A DNA stretch of 57,202 bases from Tubiluchus corallicola (lineage: Eukaryota > Animalia > Priapulida). Under the pieces are notes generated by a model. It had not been told where the DNA came from. It saw only the letters and a program-made list of their open reading frames with translations, and did no database searches. Below, piece after piece: positions 13,301 to 26,100 of the stretch. The stretch lies in NCBI GenBank assembly GCA_030141605.1, contig JAQGDQ010001178.1:1-57202 (forward strand). Reading direction: 5' to 3'. The position numbers were made by a program, and so were the translations under genes. How positions within the stretch are numbered: the first letter of the stretch is position 1; every line of letters starts with the position of its first letter.

Positions 13301-16277
13301 ATTTGAGATACCAATGTCACATTTGACTTGACATGCGTCTACATTTGACTTACCGAAAACGCTCAAGATTTGTTGAAAACCATTGTTAACACATTTGAAC
13401 TACCTAAGTCTACATTTGAGTTACCAAGACACATTTGACCTACCTAAGTCTACATTTGAGTTACCAAGACACATTTGAACAACCTAAGTCTACATTTGAG
13501 TTACCAAGACACATTTGAACTACCTAAGTCTACATTTGAGTTACCAAGACACATTTGAATTACCTAAGTCTACATTTGAGTTACCAAGACACATTTGAAT
13601 TACCTAAATCTACATTTGAGTTAACGCAGGTCTACATTTGACATGTAAAACCTATAATTTGATTAATCAATTACTAACCCATCAGTACAATGTATACTTA
13701 CTTTTTCGCACAGATGTAGAAGATTCCGTACCACACGGCAGAGGTGACGCAGTGCACGGGTATGGCCACGTACCAGTAGTGACGATACATGTTCTTAAGT
13801 CTTTGCCACACGCTTAGACTCTTATCGTCGATCACATCCACTTCGACAGTTTCGATCACCACGTCGGGATTGTTGGATTTCGAACGCGCAAATTCCTTAA
13901 CTTCCTTCACGCTTTTCGTCTGGCCGAGGCCCTCGATTTCGTCGCTTCGCTCTTCCGACGACGATCTCTCCTCTCCCGAGACGCCTGAGTCCTTTTCGTT
14001 CGGCATCAGGGGAGCGATGTGCTGTAGGGGCGGGCTGGCGACCGTCGATTTAGGATTAGAGGACGTTACGCCGTAACGACGCTTACTGAGATACGTCAAA
14101 CAGTTAACGTGGTAATCTTCCAGTACGGGAAAGGAACCAGGAACAACCTTTCGCTTAAAAGGATCAGCATTATGGCCACAACCTGCAATTATGTTCATTA
14201 CATAAATTCATTATACAATGCCTCATTTATACATATACAAATAATTTGCGTCACGCTGTACAAATTCTTCGGTAAGCATTGCAGCTCAAATGTATGTTAT
14301 GGAGGTAAAGTACACCTTTTGTATATCTTTAATATTATGTAATAATCAATGCTAATCCTAACGAATTTTAAGATACTTTTCTTTTTTTTCATGACCAAAC
14401 ATACATGTTTATCCACTTTTGCTAGCTACAAGCGAAGAATTTAGTTTTTTTCTTCCTTTGACTCTAAGTCCTCATAATAATAAGTTTAAATACGTAAAGG
14501 TTAAATTATTATTTAAAGATAGTCACGTGTGTCTCTTCTTTCCAATTATTTTATTATAAACTAACACATTCGTATAATAATTCAATTTTCATTCGTCTTA
14601 ATTACCTGCTACATGCGCATTAACTAATTAATTATATTAGTAACAATTCTGAGAGGGTGGCTGACCTCGATAACTTATAGTTCTTTCGCCACCCTTTCAC
14701 CACTAATCAATAATTACTTTTGTACTTTGTAATATTATTGTATGTTGTACAGATTTATAAATCTCTTAGTTATGTATTTTGCTATTTTAAAAATGGTGAT
14801 AAACTAGTAAACTTACTTACTTGCTTGCTTACTTACTTACTTACTTACCTATTTACTTACTTACTTACTTACCTACCTACTTACTTACTTACAATTAGCA
14901 ATACAGTCAACCCTCGTTAAATCGGACTAATTTTGTGCGGTTTAGCCGATTGTCCGATTTATCCGATACACCTATATATGGTCTATATCATACAGGAATA
15001 ATCACCTTAATAAGGCCTATATACATTGCACTATATACTATACTGTATATTACTTTAAAATAGTTAGCCTATGAGGATAAAGAAATTATTGTACAGTTGG
15101 TAGGCCGTGTTGTGTTTAGCGCTCGGGCTCGGACGGAAACCGTTCAGTTTCCTTTACCACGGATGACGTCCGTCTTATCCAATATCCGGGCTAACGGGGT
15201 CCGGTTTAACGAGGGTCGACTGTATTAGGCAACTAGACAGTATGTTCAATATGCACACGTTTGCCATATTCAGCCATAGTCCAATGTTGTAACATTTAAT
15301 GTTAAAATCGGTCAATTTCGTTGTTATAATTTAAAAATGCATCAACGTTACAAATTTGGCAGGTAAAAGAAAACCGGACGATTGTGTAAACATGAGTTCA
15401 GAATAAAGAATGCTCTAAAATATTGAAAACTACAATAGCTTTTTTTAAATCAAAGCTTAGATTAAATAATAATTACCTCGGATACTCAAATTTCGTTAAA
15501 CTTTCATAGCTACGTGCGGCTCAGTGAATCTACTAAGATCGGCAGCGGCGCCTTTTTGTCACCTGGGCGTGACCGACAAATAGAACGCGGTACCGTGATG
15601 ACCATGATCATGAACTGCTGTGTTAGTTTCATGACGTCATATGATGTAAAGCCAATTTTTCGTGACATAAAGCATTTAAACAGTACAGTAACACCTATGC
15701 AAATATGGTTGATGCGCAAAGGAAGACACCTGCCATTGCACAAACTGTGGTTAGTTTGTGACGTAAGCAATAGTTGTGTTTGGTTGCCGTTAATTAACTA
15801 TCTAAGCTAATTATTCAAATATAAGGAACAATTGCTAACTTTTATAGGCAAGAAAACGTATAATTTGGACAGTAAATTAAAATGAGATTGAGTCCAGACA
15901 ATCATCCGGTCTTCCTTTAAGTACATTTGTTTAAAGGAAAGAACAAGTCACTCAGTATGAATCACTGCGGTTCACTTAACCCTTGACCTACAGTAACTGC
16001 GCGTGCGCACAACGAAACTGTGAAAAGGCTTATCGAAATTCGTTACAGGCTCTTCGGCATTTACGTAACACTTTACAAACAAACAAACAACGTCAAATGA
16101 AAATGTTCAACAAAGACCTATAAAAACATTCGAGTAAAAAATCAATAACAGCTATCAGTATCTGGCACAGCCGTAACAAACAAACGTACCTGCAATTACA
16201 ACTGAAGTCTTGCAAAAATCTCTCCGGTGACAGACCGATCGATGGTAACACATTTTCCATAATAATTTAGTTGACAT
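10031..16277 (-). CDS. FAM210A: FAM210A-like mitochondrial DUF1279 protein, 282 aa; coding exons 16277-16190, 14182-13702, 10310-10031
   Basis: GT-AG junctions in phases 1 and 2. WQRLKNMYRHYWYVAIPVHCVTSAVWYGIFY...GIDVVPLLELL...AMYKVATPARYTVT matches the FAM210A DUF1279 domain as I recall it. Basic N-terminus MSTKLLWKMCYHRSVCHRR looks like a presequence; basic C-terminal tail. Confidence 0.9.
11055..11583. mobile_element. Foldback-type non-autonomous DNA element with about 39-bp subterminal repeats, TATA flanks
   Basis: Ends ggttttacatgtcaaatgtagac ... gtctacatttgacatgtagaacc, flanked by tata on both sides; second copy at 12785-13652. Confidence 0.8.
11690..12400 (-). mobile_element. Dispersed repeat, Kolobok-like non-autonomous family (copies at about 23962-25040, 31535-31880, 43040-43844)
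   Basis: Shared blocks such as ccattacatgacgtca and gctgactcacc.tccagggtgc; two copies end in TTAA|AGG. Confidence 0.65.
12785..13652. mobile_element. Longer copy of the foldback element
   Basis: Same TIRs and TATA flanks, more 39-bp subterminal units, longer interior. Confidence 0.8.
13702..14182 (-). CDS. FAM210A: FAM210A-like second coding exon
   Basis: Acceptor ataattgcag, donor gtaagt; N-terminal half of DUF1279. Confidence 0.9.
14650..14892 (+). mobile_element. Probable LINE 3' end remnant with a stem-loop and (CTTA)n tail
   Basis: agggtggc...gccaccct hairpin, AT-rich stretch, then (CTTA)n at 14811-14892. Confidence 0.5.
14904..15222. mobile_element. Tc1/mariner (pogo/Tigger-like) MITE, TA target-site duplication
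   Basis: ta|cagtcaaccctcgttaaatcggac ... gtccggtttaacgagggtcgactg|ta. Confidence 0.85.
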
Positions 16278-16410
16278 GGTGCAAAACTAGGAATTCTGCT
16301 AGAGTAGTTTAGTCAAATCTGCCTCCGGATGCTAGGCTCCATTATGAATGCCAGGAACAGTTAATAGATACATTAGCCCTTCAAACCTAGAGCAAAAACA
16401 GCTAAATTTA

Positions 16411-17005
16411 CAGCGTTCCCTCGCTACTTCGCGGTTCGTTTATCGCGGACTCGCTGTTTCGCGGGTTTCCAAAAATATTAATGTAAAATATTTATCGCGG
16501 TAATTTCGCTGTTTCACAAGTTTTTGCGGTGCTCCGTCTAAAGTATTTTTGCACATGCATAGTACGTATTGTACAGTAATGTATAGATTTGATGAATTTT
16601 GCATAAAAAATCACAAAATGTATGAAAATATATTAAAAATATTAATTCCAACATTAAAAGAATATTATAAATCATAAAAATTACCATTTACAGTAAATAG
16701 TGTATGTATTCGGCGGATGAATACACACCAAAAACGAAATGTAGTACTTGCGCCCGCTTGAGATGCTACTCGCCGACGTGAGATTGTACACAACACACGA
16801 TTGGTTGAATTTAAACATTTCTATTAACATTTAAGTAAAGTTTTTTTAAAAGGTACATGTACAGCATGGGAAAAGTTATTAAGGGAATGGGAAAGGGTCA
16901 TGTATAAGAGCGTGAGGAGGGTTTATAAAGACTTAAAATAATGTATAACTACTAAAATAAGTATAGCGTCCCTTATCACGGGTGGGCCTATAACGGAACA
17001 CCTGT
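16411..17005. mobile_element. Tigger/pogo-like MITE lacking its right TIR
   Basis: Highly similar to the complete copy at 23980-24560. Confidence 0.8.
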
Positions 17006-17021
17006 CTACAGAATGCTAATA

Positions 17022-17430
17022 CAGTGGCCGCCGCTTATTATGGACACGGTTATTGTGGACAGCCGGTTATTGTGGACAACTCGCGAGGGACGGAATTTTC
17101 CCCTAATAAAATCCGCCGGTTAATATGGACAACCGCCGCTTAATATGGACAGCGAACATTCTTGGCACGTGAACCAGCCGTGTCAGTTCGCCGTTTGCCG
17201 TGGCCTTGAGAGCTTCGAAACTGTGATAACTTCCTTCCGTTCAAGGTTGAGAGAAAAGTTTCCTGCCAAACAAACTCGTCTGACTTCTTTTTTTCAATAA
17301 AACAGGAGACGAGTTGATACAGACAGTTTTTTGCCTTTTTTAATGAAGGGGAATGGTCTTCATGGGTCACTTCGCTTAATATGGACATACACTGCTGGCC
17401 CGAGGTGTCCACAATAAGCGGCGGCCACTG
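17022..17430. mobile_element. pogo/Tigger-like MITE, TA target-site duplication
   Basis: ta|cagtggccgccgcttattatggacac ... gtgtccacaataagcggcggccactg|ta. Confidence 0.9.
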
Positions 17431-19704
17431 TAATACAATCACGTCAAATGTAAAATACATGAAAATTCCCCCCACACCAGGAGTAGATCCTGTTGGCTTA
17501 GGGACAGTTTGAACCTTTACAGGTTCTCGAACGAAACTATTTTTGACACTTTGGGTATCCGACTACAGTGTTCCCTCAAAAACTTAGATATTTAGTTTAA
17601 TGTTATGATGATATTAATGAAGCTAATAATAATAATGATGATATTAATGTAAAAAATACATTTGTAAATTGTCAAGAACTATACATTATAAAGTTACTTT
17701 TTTCTAAAACAAATTTAGTATTATGTCATTCTAGATTCTTGACAGAAATCGCCAGTGCCCTACTTCCCTACTTGGGCTGCCATGTATGGCACTGCTTTTC
17801 CACAAATTTAGCACATGCGCTTTAGCAGAAGGGTTCTACTTCGGCTAGTGGCGCACTCCGCGCCCAACAGTGGTGTTTAGTTAGAAGACTCTATAATGAA
17901 TTACCATTGAAAGATAATATTAATAAGTAGGGGTCGCAATTACGTGGTTACAATACTATGTGGAAACATAGATTTTGCAAACGTTTCTGGGGTTTTAAAT
18001 TGGTGAATTTGGCCCTAGTCATTGAATACAAACAGGATGCAGATTCATAACAACAACTTATGACGCCATGTTCCCTTTATTCATTCGTTTATTTTTATGT
18101 TCCGTATTCACATATTTGACCTGTAGTAATTAACGTTGGCCCAACAATTTATGCATTGATTACTAGTGATTTCTTTGCAATGATGTTCTTTTCAACAACA
18201 TTAACTGAAGACAACATAAATAAGTAAACATGAACGATCGTGATCATGGAATAAGTAACATGCAAAAAATACGCAAAACTTATAAAACTGCAATATGACA
18301 TACGCTTGAACAAAGAAAGCAGGCTTTCCACTAACTCATGCGAAGAAACACGTATACTCAGAAAGTAAATTCGAAAACCGCTTTTAGCTAAGATTTATAA
18401 TGCTTCCAAACTTTTCACATTGTCCATGCATTTCGAGTCGTCTCTGCTTCAACAATCTGGGAAATCTTATGTTATTCAGCACTGGTCGCGCCAAAACACT
18501 CTTGTCAGAATCAGACTCACAACCATTGATCAGTGATAGAGTGATTGTGTTGTCAATTATGACATAAGATTCATTTTAGATTGTCATTCGGTTTTGTACA
18601 TCTGGAGGACTCTGAGTCTTAAACTTTGATTGGCTTTAACAAAATTAATCTTACTTGCAATGAACAATTCATTTTAAATAAACGTTTCTCGTGTAAAATA
18701 AAAGTTCGTGTAACTTGGCCTGTCCTCTTTCTTTTCCTGTCTTATTTCGTCACGCTCTATGGTAGATTATGTCACTAAATATCATCATTATTTTTTACCT
18801 AGAAGAGTAACTGTGTAATATAATTATAGTAGTTGCACTACAAAAATAGTTACGACAATAATTAGGAAGTTATACAAAGACCAATAAAATGAAGAAACAG
18901 TTAATGCTAAAACATGTCTCGAATAAGTCTTCATCACTGCACCACTACCAATAATAAAATTACAGCAATGTGAAGGAACAATAATTTATTTGACTTTTGC
19001 AGTATGTTACACTTGAGATTGGCTTTTAGTAACTGTTGCAGTCAATGTTGCGTCTCTTTTTATTTTGGGTATGCAAAATAAAGTGATTTAATAATGCAAT
19101 TCTTTATGACAAAAATATTATAGTGGCAATGAATAAAAACCCAGTGAGTGATAAAATAATTATTCAAAAAAAACAAGAAAGACAACGTTAAGCCACAGCT
19201 GACAAGCTTTTAGTTATTTTACATAACTTATGAGTTCTTTGCTGTACCTTGATTTTGATTGATTACAATTCTATTTCAGACAAGAAAATTCATGTAAAAA
19301 TACATTCAATACAATACAATACAAAAAATCCGTGAATTCGAATTAAGTTCTTGCTGTTACTAATGTAAGCACTCCATAAAAATCAGTATTAGTGCTTTCG
19401 TGCGATCTAAAGTACAGTGGTGGCTTGAAACGTCGTTAATTTTTTCCTTATATGTTCATTAATTTTGTGTTGAATGATTTAATCTAACCAGGGACACTTT
19501 AAAAACAGATGAATTAGACGCCTCTATATTAACTGTTCACTTCAGCGTGTTCCTGAATAACACGTAGTGATATTTTATTCTATGGGTCCAGCAGACTGAG
19601 TCTAACTCACATGTGTACATATGCTCCCATTACATACGCGAACAGCCTGACAACGCCTTATGTAAATAAATTAACGGTGAATAGAATCATGATACACCGA
19701 AAAA

Positions 19705-19760
19705 TCTGATTGGTTAACATTGTACGCACGTGACACGTTTGCGTTCCTGTTTAAATGTCC
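19705..19760 (+). promoter_or_regulatory. Candidate TROAP-like promoter: inverted CCAAT, E-box, CHR-like TTTAAA
   Basis: ctgattggtt (about 19709), cacgtg (19727) and tttaaa (19750), about 430 bp upstream of the first ATG. Motif matches only. Confidence 0.35.
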
Positions 19761-20181
19761 GATGAGTAACTTAAAAAATAGCTTTTTCGTAATTTTTTGG
19801 TAACGAATAGAATTCCTTGTGCGATAGAGTAAATTAAATGTTAAAATCGTAACCGTGGAATGTATACATTTCTAAAAAACTCTTTGTTTTTTTAGAAATT
19901 CTTTGCTAACTGTATTTTATGCACGTAGGTATCGCCATTGATAACTCTGGTAGTATGTAGTACTACTAGTAGATGTCTCATTGTGAGTTTCAACTATTTA
20001 TTGTTCGTGCTTTGTAATTCAGTACTGGCAGAGCAGCAATACTAATTAGTTGCTGGCTAGTTAGTAAACTTGGGCATTTTTAGCTAATCCATTACTATAA
20101 TTACAGATCGGATTTAACAATGATGACTATACCAACTGAAATGATTTTCCAGATGTGATTTGATAAGTTCCATTTGTAATA

Positions 20182-23100
20182 ATGCCTCAAACTAAAGGAA
20201 GAAGGTATGATTGTTATTACTTAATGCTTGTTGTTGCTTTAGGACTGTATTTATAATTAAAAATTGATGTATTTGTCATTGATAAGCCTAAATGTCAGTG
20301 TATGTAGCAGCAGGTTTATCCAGTTCATGAACTTTGCATGTTGTAATTGTTTGTAAAAGAACCACAGAAACAGTATTTCTTTTGCTATTGAGCAGTGAAT
20401 CACACATCCTTGCTTGCCATATTCCTACAAATTTTGAACCATTCACGCTTTTGCATAATTTAAATTTAAACCTGCTTTCTTAATCCATAATTCAGAGATG
20501 AAAGTATTAACGTAAATGCTATTTTCCCCTCCATTATACTGAATTAGCTTAAACTGAAATTTTAAATATAGTGGCACCACCAAAGATAGAGAAAGGTCAT
20601 GACAAAAAATTGTTTAAATTCCTGACGCTGGCTCCAACACCGACCCCTAGAATTTTAGAAGATCTGACCCTGACTTCTAAAATTTTAGATCCTACTCTGA
20701 TCCTGTCTGTGACTGCTAAAATTTTTTGAGTCCCAACGCCTGACTCCAACTTCGCCTCTTGCGTTTAAGCAATAGTTTGAAGTGCTCTTAATGTTTAGCT
20801 ACAGTGGTATTTCATCGCTACTTCTAGCTGCATAGACACCTATATGAAAGCATCTCAGAACGGCACATTATGCATAAAAGCGTTAAAACTTAAAACTAAC
20901 TGGAGTCTGAGTTTTTCTATTTTTTAGCGACTCTAACTCAGACTCTTCTGACAGTAAGTGTGCTCCCGAGTTCCGACTCCAAAACCTTAATTTTAATAAC
21001 TCCTTTAGCAATCAGTTTGCTGATGACTACGACTCCACGACTCTGACTCCGATTCCACAGCCCCGATCATAGCTAACATGAATTTATTTGACGAGATTTG
21101 ATGACAATTACATAAAGAATATCAAGAATAGTGAAACACGATTTTCTTATGTTACAAAAGGACACGTACATAACACTGTTAAACAGTATGACAGTGGAGC
21201 TACCAATGTGTCTTACGTACTGCAGTCCAATTTGTGCGAAGTTCAATTATTTACATGCTCTCCGTCAAGTATCCAGTTCCGGATAAAATAATCGGGGGGG
21301 GGGGAGAGATTTGCAAGACATCAAAATTTTCCTGGAAGACGATGCTGTTTTTAAGTTTAACGAAACTTTTTATTTTTCTAGAGTATGAATTGCATTTCTG
21401 AGTTTGGCGAAGTAAATTACACATATTTTGATTAAATGGACCGTAATTTTTTGAGTTACGTGAAGTTTTTTGAGTTACGCGAAGTTTACTGTATATGTAT
21501 GTATAATAAATCATTATCAATTCAGCAATATTCCACGCTACAAAACAAAACAGAGCCATCCTGTAGCAAAACGGACGAGCCTATCGAACGGACGATCGTC
21601 GTTCATAGTTGCCAAGGCCAGAAGCAGAGTCGGTCCGGGAGTGCCGCCGCAGCCGAACGGGAAACGACCCACCGGCGTGAAGCCGGTGCCAAATTTTCAC
21701 CAGCTTCATCAACAATGGCAGCAGAAGCTGGAGCGAGGAAAAGCGTTCTGTAAGAAGCCAAGTACGCAGGTGAGTTCTGCAGGTGTGCATGTTTGCCGAT
21801 TGTTCCGAATCACTTGGTTCAAGGACTTTTTCATTTTTATGATGTTTACTACCATTAAACCATCTGGCACTTAAAGGCCTGTATAACCACGACAGATAAT
21901 GAAGTTTTTTAATGCATTATTATGATTACACAAAGAATTCGTAGCTATTATTAAACATAAGAGATTTATAAATGAAATAACTTACCGTATATACTCGCGT
22001 ATAAGCCGAATTTAGAACTATAAAATACAATACTGAAATCAGGGGGTCGACTTATATGCGCATGAAACAAAATGAACACAAGGACAGACACTAATGCCAA
22101 TTTTCCAGCCACACATTTTCATCGCTATCTGACTCTTTATTTGGTTGTGTGTCACCAGTGGTGTATTGGAGGGGGATCGTGGGGGATCGCCGTCCACCCA
22201 CTTTTTTTTAGAAAAAATTCACATTTCAATAAATGTCTGCTTTTTGTATTCATTAGATAAAAAATATTAAAAATGTACTGTGGGATGATGACAATGTTCA
22301 GTACACAAAAGAGGAATGGAGAAAGCTGTTTGGTGAGTCAGACGATGAGGGTGGTAGTGACAATGATTTTGAAGGTTTCTAATTATTTTTAAGAACACTA
22401 CGTTAAATTATAAACAGAAATGTTATAATTTTTTGTGAATAAATAGAAAACAAAATATTTTCTTCTTTATTCATATCAAAATGTATAATTTCTTCTGTTT
22501 CTTCTAGTATGTAACATAAAAGTAAGCATTTTACATCTTTATAGTAAAAAATTTCTATGAACCAAAAATACCCAATTAACAAAATGTGACAAAAAGGGAT
22601 CAATTTTGTTGATTGGGTATGGAGTAAAATTAGACAAGTTGATGGTCGGCTTATATACGGGTTTTTGCAAAAACTGGCCATTTTAAAGTAGTTTTAGGGG
22701 GTCGGCTTATATGCGAGTATATACGGTACCTTTTTCTGCTGAATTTCGAACGCTTGCATTGTCGTAAAGATCGCCATGTTTCGTGTCTCTGGCGCGAGTG
22801 AGCGAGAATGACGTACGAGGTAGAGAAAGCGTCTTTGCTTACCGATCTTTGATGACCTTGTGACCGCATTCATGACGTCATTCGTCTCGCGCAACCAGAA
22901 ATGACGCTTCTTCAAATTTACTACCGCTAACGTAGAAGTGACAAAAAATCAAAGGAAAGTAATAAGTTTTACAGTAAGTTTTATTATTTAGCATTTTGTT
23001 TAGCTTGAAAAACTTGTGTAGTATTCTACAAAGTAAGGAATTGCTTGTACTTTAATAAACAAAATGTTGCCAGCATTTATCTTTTTGAAAAGGTGCACGC

Positions 23101-26100
23101 ATTCGAGTTCGGAGATACCGGTCCTGCCGCTAATCCAGGCGACATTTCGTGGGAAGAGGATCGCTTCGAGCCGCATCCGGAATCGCTGGCATCCATCGTG
23201 CGTGTTAGAAAGCTAGACGAAGAGAACGCGTCGCATCACAGAGCTACGATTGCTGGGTAAGGGTAGCGTGATGTATGATTAATGCTGTTTGATACGTGTC
23301 GTTGATAAACGTGTCTGCTTTCGTCCCGCATATTCGTATTAATATTCGGGGATGAGAATTTTCTGCGGAATTCCGAGTTTTAGGAAGACCAGTAGTGCCA
23401 TTTTTGTAAATCACAAAAATTCGTTGAGAAAATTTTTACGGATCCAGTACATTATTTCACAAGCTGACCGCTAGGTGGCAGGCCGTCACTTTGTTTACAT
23501 CACGTACATCAGTGTAACCACGTGTATATCTCTATGTATAAAAATATAGAATCAATTGTGCAGAGTTATTTGAGTCAATTGCAGACAGTTTTTATATACT
23601 TTTGCATAGGAGCGGCCATTACTTAGGCGTTTTTGAGACAATTAGGTATCGTGTATCCTTGATAGTTGGGTATTTTATATTATGCATGAAACAAGGTAAT
23701 TGATATTTTAAGTCCACTTAGAGACTCTCTATGGTCACAAAATTGCAATTTGTTGCTTCGCCCCCTTGAACCCCCATGGGGGCCTATGCGGTCCCCAAAC
23801 CCCCGGCTTGTTTCAGAGTTTTTTGCAATTTGTCATTCTCATCCCTGAATATTTCTTTTTCCTTTATAATAACCATAAACATTGAAATACATATTTAGAA
23901 AGAGAGAGTGAACAGGAAAACATTGCTACAGTTTAACAGGAATTGACTTTAAGAACGTTAAAGGAGAATAAAAGCTGTACAGTGTTCCCTCGCTACTTCG
24001 TGGTTCATTTATCGCGGTATTTTCGCTGTTTCGCGGGTTTTTGCGGTACTCTGTCTCAAATATTTTTGCACATGCGTAGTACGTATTGTACAGTAATGTA
24101 TAGATTTGATGAATTTTGCTTAAAAAATCACAAAATGTATAAAAATACATTAAAAGTATTAATTCTAACATTAAAAGAATATTATAAATCATAAAAAATT
24201 ACCATTTACAGTAAATAGTGTACTTATTCGGCGGATGAATACACACCAAAAACGGAATGTAGTACTTGCACCCGCTTGAGATGCTACTTGCCGTCTTGAG
24301 ATTGTACACAACACATGATTGGTTGATTGTGAACATTTTTATGAACATTTAAGTAAAGTTTTTTAAAGGTACATGTACAGTACGGGAAAAGTTATTAAGG
24401 GAATGGGAAAGGGTTATGTATAAGAATGTGTGGGGAGGGTTTATAAAGACTTGAAATAATGTATAACTACTAAAATAAGTATAGCGTCCCTACTTTGCGG
24501 AAATTCACTTATCGTGGGTGGGCCTGGAACGGAACACCTGCGATAAGCGAGGGAACACTGTACCTGAAGTAAATTTCAGAAATCGCCTTACAAAATTAAA
24601 TCACTTTATAGCAATTTCATGCGTATATCGTACTCGCGTTGAAGGGATTTTGTGTTTGCTTTCATTTTAAATCTCCCGCAGTACTGTTTTGATGGCCCCA
24701 TTACATGACGTCATACACACACAGCGTATATCAGGGGAAGAAAAGGAAACATTAAATTATGTCTCAAAAAACTTTCCATGCAAAGTTATATTATTTAACA
24801 TTTCGCTTACGTGCTAGAACGACTTACGTAACTAGAAAAGAAAATTATTAATTATTTTAAATGTTTTCACCAATTGGTAAAATGTCGCTGACTCACCCTC
24901 CAGGGTGCACCCACTCACTAGCCAAAAAACATATTTTTGATCTTATTGACAAGATACAGTAATTTTAAATTTTACTTAGTTAGCAAAGATTACGCTACGA
25001 ATACTCTGATTATTTTTTCAAACTTTACACAATGTTACCAAAACTATATATATATATCAATTTCTCACTTTACACGAAAGCACGCAGGTTGAATCCGGCC
25101 ACTAACCTATTAACTTATTAACAAAGGCAGCATACATCCACTGCTAGGTGGCTCTTGCGGTGGCTGACAATACTGCTGAGCTATTGCATTATGTACCGGG
25201 GGGTGAGAAATGTGCACTGTAGACAATAACGCAGAATATTTTCGAGTTAGTAAGTAATTGTCGAGTCAGCGCTACAGTTGGCATTGGGGAACTCGGTCAT
25301 TTGCAACAAATGGCCTGCTCGAGGCCTGTTACAAAGATTTGGCCCAAGTGACCCGACGGCCATGTGTAAAGGAGTAAACCTTCCAAATCGGGAGTGGAGC
25401 CCCGAAGGCGGACCAGCGCAGCATGCTCACTGACTCCGGCAGCTCCTGCATCCAACCTTGTGCCAAACGTATCGCTCCGCTTTCCTTTGGACTACACCAG
25501 GGAGGAAGAGAGGGAGTTCCTGCGGTCTGGGCAACTCAGGATCTCCATACACCTTGCCCAGGCGTGCGCCCTGGAAACGTTCAAGGATCGCACTGCTCAG
25601 CCACAGTCGACGCTGCAGCTCCATCAATGTAATCAATAACTGACTCTCTTGGCGCACACTCCATTGTCTTCCGAGACAGAAGGATGCCAACCAACCAACA
25701 AATATTCGGTCTTTTGGTGTCGAAGTTGCATTTGAAAAATGGACAACAGAGTATTAATGCTTATTAATTACGCATTAATCTGTGGGTAGATTGATTTACC
25801 AGAATTATCTTGCTTGAGAACAAGAAAAAATGAACTAGGTAAGATTCGAGCTCGCTGTTAAAACTGTACGCAAATGCGCTGTCTTTTACATTTAACCTTT
25901 GACCTTTTCACGATCATCGTCAATCGCAAAGGCTTATTAGATTCAGAAGTCCTGAGTTGTTCAATTTTCACGATACTAACGTAACTGTTCTGAGGAACAA
26001 AATGTACAACTGCTTGCAAATAAAATGCGCAATAATGCGCTGCTGTTCTTTGTAGTTCACAGTTTACCCGGGGTCCTGCCGCGGGGACCGCTCTCACGAA

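Noticed and set aside
12535-13687. Possible hAT element (tagtgatggg...cccatcagta) enclosing the second foldback copy
   Set aside because: Short imperfect TIR and no target-site duplication.
18150-18700. Possible old LINE coding fragment on the minus strand
   Set aside because: Too degraded to show diagnostic motifs by eye.
25394-25690. Small ORF family recurring at about 8, 25 and 34 kb
   Set aside because: Explained by SINE copies carrying RTE-derived sequence.
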